DNA from: Macrostomum lignano
Lineage: Eukaryota
Assembly (NCBI GenBank): GCA_002269645.1
Contig: NIVC01002959.1
Coordinates: 1-64,000, forward strand
Direction: 5' to 3'
DNA length: 64,000 nucleotides
The translations under genes and the position numbers were made by a program. Of the stretch, positions 34,372-46,430 are shown piece by piece (position 1 is the first letter of the stretch; each line of letters begins with the position of its first letter). The notes below the pieces were generated by a model. It was not told the origin of the DNA. It did not search any database and saw only the letters and a program-made list of their open reading frames with translations.

Positions 34372-37300
34372 GAATTCCAGTTGTTTTGCCCCTAAACCAT
34401 TTCAGCCATGGACATTTCGCCCCTAGACCATTTCACCCATAGTCTGTTTTGCCCATAAACCAGTTAAGCAATGGGCATTTTGGCCAAAATGATTATTATG
34501 TATTTTAGAGATGTAGCTATATGTGTATCTTTATTTTCTTTTTCAATGTAATTTTTAGTTTTAATTTCTAATAAAATATGATCTGAATTGTTGCCACAAC
34601 AATTGTGTTATTGCATTATTGCGATTTTGTTTATAACTATTATGAATTATTACAAGCTTTTTTAAAGTCATTCCTTTCAAATGTGTAGTGTTAAGCAAGT
34701 TACTCTGAAAAAGTAACTTCCAGTTTCAAGGAAAGTAACTTCCAGAACTTGTTCCAGTACTAGTACTTTAAAAAAGTAACTTTTAGTACTAAAAGTGCAA
34801 CAATTAAAGTCAATTTGCTTGTACAATCAGAGGGTGAAAAAGGGTTTCTCGGTTCCAATTCAAAAAGCACAAAGTATAAAACCATGATAAAGTAAAAAAT
34901 TGCTGTAAAAAAGTCATTTTAATCAAGGAGGAGCTGAAAAGGTTTGGGTTACAAGGCAAGATAAGGCTAGAAATACTAAAAGAATAATTAAGATTAGTCA
35001 CCAAAACTGAGAATCAAAGCACAAAGTATAAAACCATGATCAAGTAAAGTAAAAAACTGCTATACATGTAAGTCATTTCAATCTTCAGCTTTGTTTATAC
35101 AAGAGAAGCAAGGTAAATTACTAGAAATAAAAAAGGATAAGATTAAAACTATAAAAATGTTGTACAAAAGACCAAGAAACCTGTGCATATGCTCATGGTC
35201 TGCGCCTCTGGTGTTTTAGCTCTAAAAGTGCGGGTGGCTACTATTAAACCTTGCTTATAATAAATTGTATCATTGGTTGTCAGTGCGGGTCCTAGTCATT
35301 TCGTCAACTGGCGTTTCGTCAACTGGCCATTTCGTCAACTCGGTTTTATCACTGGTTGTTTCGTCAACTAGCCAATGAAGCGATCTCAAACCTCGGTCAC
35401 TTCGTCAACTGGCCAATAGGAAGTGTTCCAAAATTGGTCACTTTGTCAACTGCCAATAAACTACCCCCCGCAGCCACAAAAAAGTAAAACTGAACCCTGA
35501 AATGACTAAGTCGACAGGCTAATTAATATTCATACCCTCTGCAACATCTGCCGGCTTTTGATCGATGCGTCTCTGTTATACGCTTGTACATGTACTAACA
35601 AAATATAATGTGCTCATGTGTTTGAAACGTGTGCATCACAACAGGGTTGACATCCTGTGTGCACATTTGTATGTTAAATTTTTATTACCCCTGTTACCCC
35701 TGTTTGATTCTATTCAAACAGGGGTCGTCAAACTCCAGTTCGCGGGCCACATGTGGCCCGCAAAGTCTCTATCCAGCCCTCGGATCCTTTGAATCTTCAT
35801 AATAGAAATCCGGAGTGCTCAATTTTTGTGTCTCTTTTCAGCTCTCTTTTCTCACCTCTCTCTTCTCTCTCACCTGTCCTCTCCTCTCCTCTCTCCTTTC
35901 CTCTCATCTCTCACCTCTCCTCTCCTCTTCCATTTCTTCTCCATTCTCTTCTCCCTTCCCTCCTCTCTCAATCCTCTCTTCTCTATTTCGTCTTTCCTCT
36001 CCTCTTGATTGATCCTCTCCTATAATTCATCTCTCCTCTCGATCGATCCTCTCTTATCTTTATTACTTCGCCTCTCGATCCTTTCTTCTACGAGTACGCC
36101 AGCTTGTATTTCTCTTCTCTATTTCCTATCCTCTCTCCCTCCTTTGGCTTGCAATCATCAGGGACTCCTGGGCGCATTTTGCTTAGGGGCCCAGTGAAGC
36201 GGACCCATGCAGAAGGGCAGTCATTGCGCTAGGTTCTCAACCTGGCCCTTGAGGTAAAAAGTTTGCTGACCCTACACGTAAAAGCACTAGGCTTAGGCAC
36301 ATGGCCAAGTCTTGTGCAGCTACATAAGCAGGAATGCACGAATCAAGAGCACGCCGCTGTGGTACTGCACCCAATATCGCCGATTGGTTTGCGTGTCTGC
36401 CTGTGCCTTTGCGTCTGTCTGCTCGTGTCTGCTTGTGCCTTCTTATAGTGCATTGTACATTTTAGTAAAGCATGACAGGGAGTGAAATACCTTAATACAT
36501 GTTCGATGCATGATCGATCGATAAGCGCGCGTGAATCGTGTGTAATTATACACTCTGATCAAGAGCATTACCGGATATCAAGATTTGCTGCGGGGGCTTT
36601 GGTTGACTGTGCACAGCGGGGTGGAGGGGTGGGAATGAGGCGCACGCAGTCCACCAATTTTCACGGCTCCATATATAGGGGACTTTATGGCAGTCCTCGA
36701 CGCATTTTGATAGGAGAAATACCCATGTTATGTAGTCGCGTGTATGGTTGCATAACACACAAATACTCAATATTCATTAATGCCCGGACGCATATGGGTA
36801 TGAGTGCGCACGGGGTGACGCATTTGCATAGAATATTTGCATCGAAACATTTAACCAAATGGACATGCAGTCTGGCATTGCAATTTTTCAATTGCAAAAA
36901 TTGTTTCTTTTTAAAAAATAAGGCAATTAATAAAACAAGTCATTGATATAACAATAATTGTAAGCTATACAAGATATGCAGCTGTATCAGCTACATACGT
37001 TAGGCCTATCATTCATATAATGAAAAATTTTTAGTCACTTCGTCAAAAAGCAAATGGGAAGGACCTAGGCATTGATCATTTCGTCAACCACCAGGAAAGT
37101 CGCCCCAACACTTTGGTCACTTTGTCAACTGAGTTGAGGACATGCCAGTTGACGAAATGACCATCACCCATCAGTGCTCACTGCTCTGCACTTTTGTCTC
37201 ATCTTGCATACTCTCAGCTCATGACTTTGTTCATTTCAATTTTCAACCCTACATGGTCTGAATTAGAGGCAAAATGGTCCATGGACAAAACAGTTTGTGG

Positions 37301-37397
37301 GCAAAACGGTTTGTGGGCAAAACAGTCTGTGGGCGAAATGGTCTGGGGGCGAAATGTCCATGGCCAAAACAGTTTATGGGCGAAATGACCGGTTAGC
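34372..37397. mobile_element. Non-autonomous TIR element with long repeat-built TIRs (Mutator/foldback-like), middle layer
   Basis: 34372-34460 is the inverted counterpart of 37290-37397 (ATTTCGCCC repeats, CCATGGACATTTCGCCCC); flanking duplication ATTGTTAT(GA) at 34364 and 37398. Confidence 0.75.
35287..37169. mobile_element. Non-autonomous TIR element with TTTCGTCAACT subterminal repeats, inner layer
   Basis: TIRs GGGTCCTAGTCATTTCGTCAACTGGC / GCCAGTTGACGAAATGACCATCACCC; 8-bp TSD GTCAGTGC / ATCAGTGC (1 mismatch). Contains a hAT-like end CAGGGGTCGTCAAACT at 35719 and a CT-rich tract at 35830-36150. Confidence 0.8.
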
Positions 37398-39161
37398 ATT
37401 GTTATGATTGTCACCCTTTTGCTATTGCCCTTTTAACTATCACCCTTTTGATTGGTTCCCCACTGCAAGTAGACTAGACCCATTTTTCCTCTCATATCAT
37501 GTAAGGAAATCTAGAAACCCTATAGGCTTTTCTTTGCTAATGTATCTAGCCTATTTTTTATTTTTAAGGTTTTATGTTTTAGGATGATAGCAGTTTATTA
37601 AAATTAAAAAAGTCTGAATATTCTTAACAAAGAAATTATGTGGAATTAAAAATGAAATATTTGTCTGTTTTTAAATACTTTTTTCTTATCAATTTCATGC
37701 TTGTTTACAATGTATACAGTGAATACTGGACTAAGTCTAGTGGAGCCTGGAGCTGGAGGCAAGGCAACTATTAAATGAGTAATTGAGTAAATAAAAGAAA
37801 CGTCTTTTGGTGTAGGCCTAAAAATCATACAAATGGGTACACACTGTACACAGGCACGAGTAGGCTATAACAGGGTGCCTAACTATATAGTTAGCTAATG
37901 CTGACGAAAAAGTTATTTCAACGAGGATTTCTTGTTTAAACCGGTTTGTGGGTAGTTCTAGGAAAATGTATTGGTTAAATACAATACCTATTTTAGGTGA
38001 CAAAACTTGACATTAATATTGCTTTTTTGAATTTGTCAGAACAAAAACGGTAACATATAAAACAATCTCACAGTTTTGGCAACTTAAAAATTATAATTTG
38101 TTTAAACTGTTGTTAGATTTTTTAAACATACGCAGTTTCGGTAATTTAAATTAACGACGACAAAGGGTACGTAATACGTAGCCGCTATGGCAGCATACGC
38201 CAGATAAGCCTACCCGATTCTGGCAGGACTCAAGTGCGTGTGTGTGCATGGTGTCACCATTTTGATTTATAAATTTAATTTAGACTTTTGGACAACATTT
38301 TTATGAAATTATTCATGTTCTAGTACCAAACCGAAGCTCTGGCTTTTATGTTCAATATCATTGATGATGCATTGATGGTATTGATTGATAATAGATAGAT
38401 AGAATAGATATAACATAAGTAGGCCCTGTCTAAGTCTATTTTCTATATAACCTGCTAGTGTACTTACTTAGGCTTGTTAATGTTTTAGACCTATCTACTA
38501 TTACTGATGGCTAATAAACTGATATTGACATTATGAATTATGATATTCCCTAGCCCTAGGCCTAGGCCTAAATTTGTACCCTTGAATTTATTCTTATATA
38601 CCCAAACTATTCTTTTTTATGTATTTACTCTATTTATTTAGATTCTAGTATTTGAAATTTGAATATGCCAAGTATATTTAGTCTTAAAATTTAAATAAAT
38701 TAAAGAATGAATGTCAAAAAGTAGTAGGTACTACTAGGGTAGGCCTAGTTTTTCATAGCAAAAAATGGTGTAGGACCAAGACCATCACATACAAAGACTG
38801 CCACACTTGAGGAGCTAGGGGAAGGATTTGGCTCAATGTGTTATTAAATGGTGCCCAAGCCAAGGTTCGGATCGTATAGTAGTGTACGCCGGAACAAGAA
38901 TCTTATCTCAGCTAAATGTATGCCAGTGTACGCCAAAAACAAAAAATTCCAAATGTACGCCAAAAATTCCTCCTAAAAAGGTCATTCGTTTTTTACAAGT
39001 AGAATTTTCTAAGAAAGGCTATTATACAAAAATTCTTTCAAATATTACAAATATTTTTATTTTAAACAAACTTAAATTAAACCTACAGAAAAAAGAATGC
39101 AAAATTTATATTCTTAGCAATAATTTACACAAGTTTTATTCATTGTTAATTTAAAAGAAAC

Positions 39162-39845
39162 GGGTCTATGAGAATTGCCCGCAGACAAATTGCCCGCCGA
39201 GATTTGCTCGCTGGAGATTTGCCCATGGAGATTTGCCCGCCGAGCTTTTCCCGCGGAGATTTGCCCGCAGTGCATTTTGTCCGTGAGCGAATTGCCCATG
39301 GAGATTTGCCCATGGAGATTTGCCCGCCAAGAATTGCCCGCTGAGATTTGCCCGCAGTGCAATTTGCCCGCAAGCGAGTTGCCCGCTGAGTTTTTTCCCG
39401 CTGAGGTTTGCCCGCAATGCTTTTTTCCTACAGCGCATTTAGCGATGCGGCAGATTTTGTCTGCATTGCCTTCCCAATGCTTAATACGTGTTAATCTCAA
39501 TAAAGAGATATACACGATCAAAACGTTTTGATAGTAACTGCAAATCAAATGCATATTTTTTGGGGGGGGGGCAATGCAGACAGAATCTAGCTGCCAAATG
39601 CGCTGCAGGAAAAAATCATTGCGGGCAAACCTTGGTGGGAAAAAACTTGGCGGGCAACTCGCTCGTAGGCAAATTGCACTGCGGGCAAATCTCGGCGGGC
39701 AATTCTTGGCGGGCAAATCTCCACGGGCAAAATGCACTGCGGGCAAATCTCCGCGGGAAAAGCTCGGCGGGCAAATCTCCACAGGCAAATCTCTTGCAGG
39801 CAAATCTCGGCGGGCAATTTGTCTGCGGGCATTTCTCGGGCTCCC
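39162..39845. mobile_element. Foldback-like MITE, 684 bp, with ~250-bp inverted arms of TTGCCCGC repeats
   Basis: Ends GGGTCTATGAGAATTGCCCGCAGACAAATTGCCCGCCGAG / CTCGGCGGGCAATTTGTCTGCGGGCATTTCTCGGGCTCCC; TSD AAAGAAAC / AAAGAAGC (7/8). Confidence 0.85.
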
Positions 39846-42804
39846 AAAGAAGCAAAAGATTATCACTGACTTTCCTTCATTTTATGTAAAAACTAAAAAG
39901 GGTTAATTTAGATTACAATTTTTATACATGGCATGAATTTATTCACCAAAATTGGTATGCCAAAAATTTCTTGAGCTCAAAGTGGTACGCCAAAGTGGTA
40001 CGCCAAAATAGCCAAACTTTTCAATGGTACGCCAGAAAATTCCAGCTTATATGTAACCTTCCTGAGTGTGGAATGGTGCCAAAGAAGAGATAAGTAGGTA
40101 GGAAAGCCAGTAAGACAAGGCTGCAAGAGAGGAACCTATGAGAGGAATAGCAATGTTTGATAGAAGATTAGTAGTTTCCCATTCAGTACCACTACATAGT
40201 AGCCAATAATAGCTGTGGCAGTATTGGTGTGTGGCAGTCTTACTCATACACCCAAGAAACAATAGACCCTAACAAAAAATTTTCTGCTTTTTAAGCCTAG
40301 TTTTTAATTCTAATATAATTATTAATTATAAGTGCCTCTATTTGATTAGCCTTAAATAAGAAAATCTTGGAAGCTCCATGTCCATATTAGTAGGTTATAG
40401 GCCTAGGCCTAGCCATAGGATCAAGATCAACCCAACCTAAGCCTATTATTGCAATTATAGATATGCCTTTAAATGTTTATATAACTTAAGTTATTTTCTG
40501 CCCAATACAATATAGAAACTTGCACTCTATGCCTAATTTCAAGGTGCAATTTTAAGGCTTAAATTGCAATTTCTCTTTTTTCTTATTTGGTAGTGCAAAT
40601 GCCACACTCTGGATCATATAATAAATGCCCAAAAAGTTGGGCATGCATTGGCCTTACATGCCAAAAGTTGGTATACACAGTTGGCATGCAAGATTCCTAA
40701 AAAAATAGTATGCATGCACACCTAATATGCTCTTGATAGAATCATGTAAAAGAGTTAATGTTGCTTGTAAATGAAAAAAATCATTTCCAAAAGTTCATTT
40801 TTAGGTGTAAATTTCAAGTTTTTTTTGTTTTTAAGCTCATAATATAGCATTTAAACATTTTAATGCATATCAATTGTCCACAAAAAATAGTATAGGCAAG
40901 AAAGATATAAAAGCAACCAAATTATCTGCCAAAAATATTTTTTATATAATATTAAAAAGGTATTGTTGCAAGGCAAAAAATCTTTTATTGTTGCAATATT
41001 AACATAGATTTCATAATATGAGCATATATACTAAATTTTTAAGTATGCATTTATAATTATTCAATTTTTGTTCAGGTATATGCACCAAGCATGATCCAGA
41101 CTATAGTGCAAATGAAGCTTCAAAGAAAAAATAGCTTATGAGACTGCACCTAAACTGCATCTACTTTTTGAATTTTAGGGTACAATTTCAAGATTTAAGA
41201 GGATATGCATACTATGCACAAAAAATGTGTATAACAATATTGATCACAATCTCTAAAGCAGTAACAATGATGGTTTTATGTTTTTTCTTGCTTGTTTTTT
41301 ATTGTAGTTTGCCTTTTGGATAACCATGTTACCAAAATTTGCTCACTTTTGCCAAAGTTTAATATAATAGGCTTTAAAGTCTAATAGTTTTGCTGTAGTT
41401 AACTTGCAGACAAACCTTAGAGACTTAGTATATTGTGAGATAGACATTTCCTTCTTTCCTTTGAATTTGCTAGTGTATCTCCATTATTACAACTTCATTC
41501 TTTCAAATTTCTTAGTATATAACTCATAGCCAGAACCAAATAGAAAAAAATCAAATTACAAGCTTCTTAGTTAAAAAATATCTTTAATTTGATACTAAAA
41601 CATCAAAAGTAGTCAAAGGGACCAAGAAGCCAGATCAAACATTCTAGGAACTTTTGTGATACCAATTGTAAAAGCTCTTTGTTTTTATGTTGTCAATCTA
41701 CAACTATTGTCATTAGTTTTTTTTATTTTAATAGTGCAAATCTATATATTCTAATATTTGTTACATGTATTTCAGTATCTTTTGAACTAATAAACAGATA
41801 TAGCTTTTTAATTTCAAATAATTTCATATATCTCAATAATATATAAAAAGCTGGTATTTTAATTGGTTCTACTTTTATTCTTGGGATAAATCACAATATA
41901 CTAAATTATATGGTACTATCCTTTTATGACTTTCATGATATCCAATATTATCTCTATTGCAGCTTAGGTCTAAATAGACATCCCCTTTTTTATTCCAAAT
42001 TGCACTAGTGCGCTAGACTGCAGTTATCTTACTAAAGGCCAATTTGCACTAGATGCTGTCTACAATAATAACCATTGGCTGCAATAGGGAATATTACTAA
42101 AAGTTGGATATGGTCAAAACTTTTAAGATTGAATAAGATTAAATTATGTTTATAATATAAGCATATATAAAAGTTAAATATGATAAAAAAATTTATAGTT
42201 AGACAATATTGAAATCCTAGTTTTTCCTATGATTTCAAGGAATAGGATTATGTTCTTATTATGCTTTTAAATATTAATAGTTTATTGTTTCTGTGTTTAC
42301 TAATACATAGCCAACCTAGCTAGTCTTCCTAGGCAACAAGGCAGCCAAGGCAAATATATTGCAACATTGATCAACCAATCACCAAAGATTATAAGGAAAT
42401 ATAGTAATGGTAGAAACTGAAGCAAAACGTATTACTGATTAAAAAATAAACAAACAAGATAGTTCAAAAAAATAGTTCAAAAAAATTATAAAGCATTGTT
42501 TTTTACATATGTAAAATATATTATATCATATGCATATGAGTGTAAAACTGCTGCTAGAGATCATTTTGATATACAATCCTTTTTTCACTTTTTTAGGCTA
42601 CCATTGATTCATTTTTTATTTATATTGATAGTTGAAATCAATATATAATATAGCAGATTCAGGATATAGGTCAAAAGAATTCATGCAAAAAAGACAGTAT
42701 TCAAAGGCATTAAGCCACATTATATTGTGAAAATAGATAGTCTAAAACATAATTAATCCAAGTATATACAATGGGTCTTATTATTACAATTTCAGCAACC
42801 CTCA

Positions 42805-44379
42805 ATGTGCGCTCTTGGTAAGGAGGGTTGGTCGCATCCAAACCCTTCTTACTCGGGCGGCGGTGGTGGCAGTGGCGGCGGCAAAATCACTCAGCATCAT
42901 TTGCAGCAGCAACAGCATCAGATGCAGCACAGGCCTGCTCCCTACAGTCTGCCAGCATCTAGATATGGTGGGCCCAACCCGGCCTATCCCCCGCACTATC
43001 AACCTTATCCTCAGCCTCCACTGCCGCAGCCTCATCCTTATCAGCAGCAGCCTCATCATCATCATCAGCAGCAGCAGCTCCAAGGCCTCCAAGACTCTGA
43101 GGATAGCCACTCATCCAGGCTGAACTTCTGCGTCCCATCTGGCACCCTGCTGGGTCCATTCCACGTGGACCACGGCTTAGCCATGTCTCGTCATCAATTC
43201 GAATTGAAGCCGGAAGTGTACAAGACCCTGATGAGTCGAGCTGATCTTGAACTGCAATTCCTTGCCTGCTTAGCCAACGATCCTGCGGCTCTGTGCAACT
43301 GGCCAGCTGGCCTGACTGTGTCTGTCAATGGCAGCCCTGTGCCCATCACTCACCAGTGCCGTCCTGTTCACTTGAAGCAGCTGCTGCTACAGCCTGGCAC
43401 TGGTCAAGCCAATTGTCTGCAATTAGGCCTGTCGGCTTGCTGTTGCAGCCACCTGTTTCTCTTGCAGTTGGTGCACCGGCCCACTGTGGCCTCCGTAGTT
43501 CAGGGCCTCTGGCGTAGGCGTCGGCTCGCGCTAGAGAGTTGCGTAGAGAAGCTGAAACACCTGCATCAGCAGCAGCAGCTGCATCAGTGCGCGCTGTCTT
43601 TGCGCTGTCCAATCAGCAATCACCGCATCGATTTGCCAGCCAGAGGCTCCGATTGTCATCACGCCCAATGCTTCGACTTGCGCACCTACCTGGAGAGAAA
43701 CGCCAATTTTAACACCTGGCGATGCCCCGTGTGTCAGAAATCTGCTCAATTATCCGGCTTAGAGATTGACGAATTTATCTTTGGCTTGCTTGAGGAGACT
43801 CGCTCCAGCATGGTTGACCGAGTACTGCTCGATCGTGACTGCAGATGGAGAGTCCCGGTGCTGCCGCATCAGCACCACCAGCAGCAGCAACTGCAGCAAG
43901 CAGACGGTCGAGCTGCATCGCCTGCTTGTGCCGCCAGCGGAACTCAGCGTCAGCAACAGCAGCAGCAGCAACAGCAGAAGCCAGTCATGAGCTCGGCTTC
44001 TGTGATGCCGTCTTATCCCACTTCTTATGCTGGCGCCTCCGTGAGGCCTGCCGCCGTTTATCCGCCTTATGGACAGGCGCCGCTATCTCAGCCGCCTTGG
44101 ACTTATCAACAGCAGCAACAGGTGCCTGCTGCAGTGGCTTCTCAATCTCAGCAGCAGTCGCAACAACAGCAGCAGCAGCAATACAGCAGCAGTTACCCGC
44201 CTACGAATTCAACCAATGCTAGCAGTTGCTCAACCACAGATCCTGCTAGTATTAAAACAGACTTGGACGACTTGGCGTTGGAGCCATTAGGCGGTGGCGA
44301 TGGGAATTTCGGCGATCTGCTGTCACTGCTGGACGAAGCATCAACTGGAGGTGACAGCCTATTGGGTGGCATCATCTGA
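42805..44379 (+). CDS. ZMIZ1: ZMIZ1/ZMIZ2 (tonalli)-family SP-RING/MIZ zinc-finger protein, 524 aa, uninterrupted ORF
   Basis: Family motifs: GPFHVDHGLAMSRHQFELKPEVYKTLMSRADLELQF, NWPAGLTVSVNG, ACCCSHLFLLQLVHRPTVASVVQGL, and an SP-RING LSLRCPISNHRIDLPARGSDCHHAQCFDL...WRCPVC. Poly-Q termini. Symbol is family-level only. Acceptor TTTCAG at 42790-42795, in frame, 9 nt upstream of the ATG. Confidence 0.92.
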   Translation: MCALGKEGWSHPNPSYSGGGGGSGGGKITQHHLQQQQHQMQHRPAPYSLPASRYGGPNPAYPPHYQPYPQPPLPQPHPYQQQPHHHHQQQQLQGLQDSEDSHSSRLNFCVPSGTLLGPFHVDHGLAMSRHQFELKPEVYKTLMSRADLELQFLACLANDPAALCNWPAGLTVSVNGSPVPITHQCRPVHLKQLLLQPGTGQANCLQLGLSACCCSHLFLLQLVHRPTVASVVQGLWRRRRLALESCVEKLKHLHQQQQLHQCALSLRCPISNHRIDLPARGSDCHHAQCFDLRTYLERNANFNTWRCPVCQKSAQLSGLEIDEFIFGLLEETRSSMVDRVLLDRDCRWRVPVLPHQHHQQQQLQQADGRAASPACAASGTQRQQQQQQQQQKPVMSSASVMPSYPTSYAGASVRPAAVYPPYGQAPLSQPPWTYQQQQQVPAAVASQSQQQSQQQQQQQYSSSYPPTNSTNASSCSTTDPASIKTDLDDLALEPLGGGDGNFGDLLSLLDEASTGGDSLLGGII

Positions 44380-45358
44380 CATGGGACTTGGAGTTGATTT
44401 CTCTCAGCTGGGGGGCGGATCCCTGAGTATTCCTAATATAGTCTGTTGTTATTATAACTCAATTGTTGAATCAAACACAAGTCAGAACCCGAATCCTGTT
44501 TAGTTATAGTGCCGCTTCCGCAAGAATGCTAAGTAGGTTTATCTTAAAAAGCTGCAACTTTTGCTGTTGTTTTTTATCTCTTGTTTGTTCTCGTTTATAA
44601 TAATCTGTTGTCTTTTTTGTTGTCTTTTTGCAACTGATAAAAAAGATTACCTATGTTTGCAGAATTCTATAATTATTATATTTATAATTATTACTCTTTA
44701 TAGCATATATTTTCTGCTTTGTATCATGCTGATCTTCTATTTGTTAATTTGCTCTCAATTTTTGTCCTTTTTTTCCTGCACAGCTGCTCTGGGCCCTGTG
44801 CGGCTTTTCAATTCACCGTCAAAAAATATTTCGAGTGCAGATTTTATACAGTATTGTAACATGATTAAATGTTATTAGTATTATGCCAGCTAAGCTATAA
44901 AGTCTGCCCAACTGACGCTAACTTTGCCCCCTCCCCCATCATCGCTTCTATCTATCCCTGCTTTTATAGTGTTGCTTAACTCTTTTCAAATTTTCTGTAT
45001 ATTTAGCGTTGCCTGACTGTCTATTGCCCCTGCCGCTGCTTTTTTGATCAACAAATCGAATATTAAATTATTATTTAATATTACTCGCGTGTGTATAAGT
45101 ATAGCAATGTACATAGTTTGTTTAATCGATAATTTTAACTGATTGATTTATGTTTGTTTCGATGCACAAAGGTACAAGAAACAATTGAGCGATTATCACT
45201 AAAACTTTGATTATATAAATATATTTTTATTACGTAATTGTAATCCTGCGCTTTTTTTCTCTCTCATTCTCTCGGTCTGTTGCCGGGTAATTCAACTTGA
45301 GCTGCAATTTCTGTCTCAATTAATTAGCGGCTGCACTTTTGCAGTATTTTTTCTATTC

Positions 45359-45364
45359 AATAAA
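45359..45364 (+). terminator. Candidate polyadenylation signal of the ZMIZ gene
   Basis: AATAAA ~1 kb after the stop codon, closing an AT-rich UTR-like stretch. Confidence 0.45.
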
Positions 45365-45552
45365 AATTATATAAATATATGTATAATTGTCAATTATGGC
45401 ACACTTGAGACCGTTTGGGACTCACACACAGACACAAACTTTAGCAAGCATGTCTGCCATGTCTTCTGGTGTGGCAATAACTTTTTATAACAAATTTTAA
45501 ATCTCAATTTGGCTTCTGGTTGTGACTTTTTTATTTTCAATATTGCCTAGAA

Positions 45553-46430
45553 GACTCGCTACTGAACTGGCTTGAGACTCACTCCTGAACTGGCTTAAGA
45601 GTCACTCCTGAACTGCATTGAGATTCACTCATGAACTGGCTTGAGACTCACTCCTGAACTGGCTTAAGAGTCACTCCTGAACTGCATTGAGATTCACTCC
45701 TGAACTGGCTTAAGACTCACTCCTGAACTGGCTTGAGAGTCACTCCTGAACTGGCTTGAGAGTCACTCCTGAACTGCATTGAGATTCACTCCTGAACTGG
45801 CTTGAGACTCACTCCTGAACTGGCTTGAGAGTCACTCCTGAACTGGCTTGAGACTCACTCCTGAACTGGCTTGAGAGTCACTCCTGAGCTGGCTTGAGAG
45901 TCACTCCTGAACTGCATTGAGAGTCACTCCTGAACTGGCTTGAGACTCACTCCTGAACTGGCTTGAGAGTCACTCCTGAACTGGCTTGAGAGTCACTCCT
46001 GAACTGCATTGAGATTCACTCCTGAACTGCATTGAGACTCACTCCTAAACTGGCTTGAGACTCACTCCTGAACTGGCTTGAGGGTCACTCCTGAACTGGC
46101 TTGAGAGTCACTCCTAAACTGGCTTGAGGGTCACTCCTGAACTGGCTCGAGAGTCACTCCTAAACTGGCTTGAGAGTCACTCCTGAACTGGCTTGAGAGA
46201 GTCACTCCTGAACTGGCTTGAGAGAATCACTCCTGAACTGGCTTGAGGGTCACTCTTAAACTGGCTCGAGAGTCACTCCTGAACTGCATTGAGATTCACT
46301 CCTGAACTGGCTTGAGAGAGTCACTCCTGAACTGGCTTGAGAGAATCACTCCTGAGCTGGCTTGAGAGTCACTCCTGAACTGGCTTGAGAGAGTCACTCC
46401 TGAACTGGCTTGAGAGTCACTCCTGAACTG
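45553..46430. repeat. Minisatellite, 23 bp unit (TCACTCCTGAACTGGCTTGAGAG)
   Basis: Directly visible. Confidence 0.95.

Larger units (their letters stand above)
33671..37460. mobile_element. Possible outer decayed TIR element of a three-layer nest
   Basis: Inward-facing arrays of TCAAAAGGG(C/T)GATA-like repeats at ~33686-33750 and ~37407-37452; flanks CACTAAAA / CACTGCAA match only 6/8. Confidence 0.35.

Noticed and set aside
38850-40060. One hAT-like element with GTACGCCA repeats hosting the 39162-39845 MITE
   Set aside because: Repeats on both sides are in direct orientation, and no matching TIR pair or TSD could be found.
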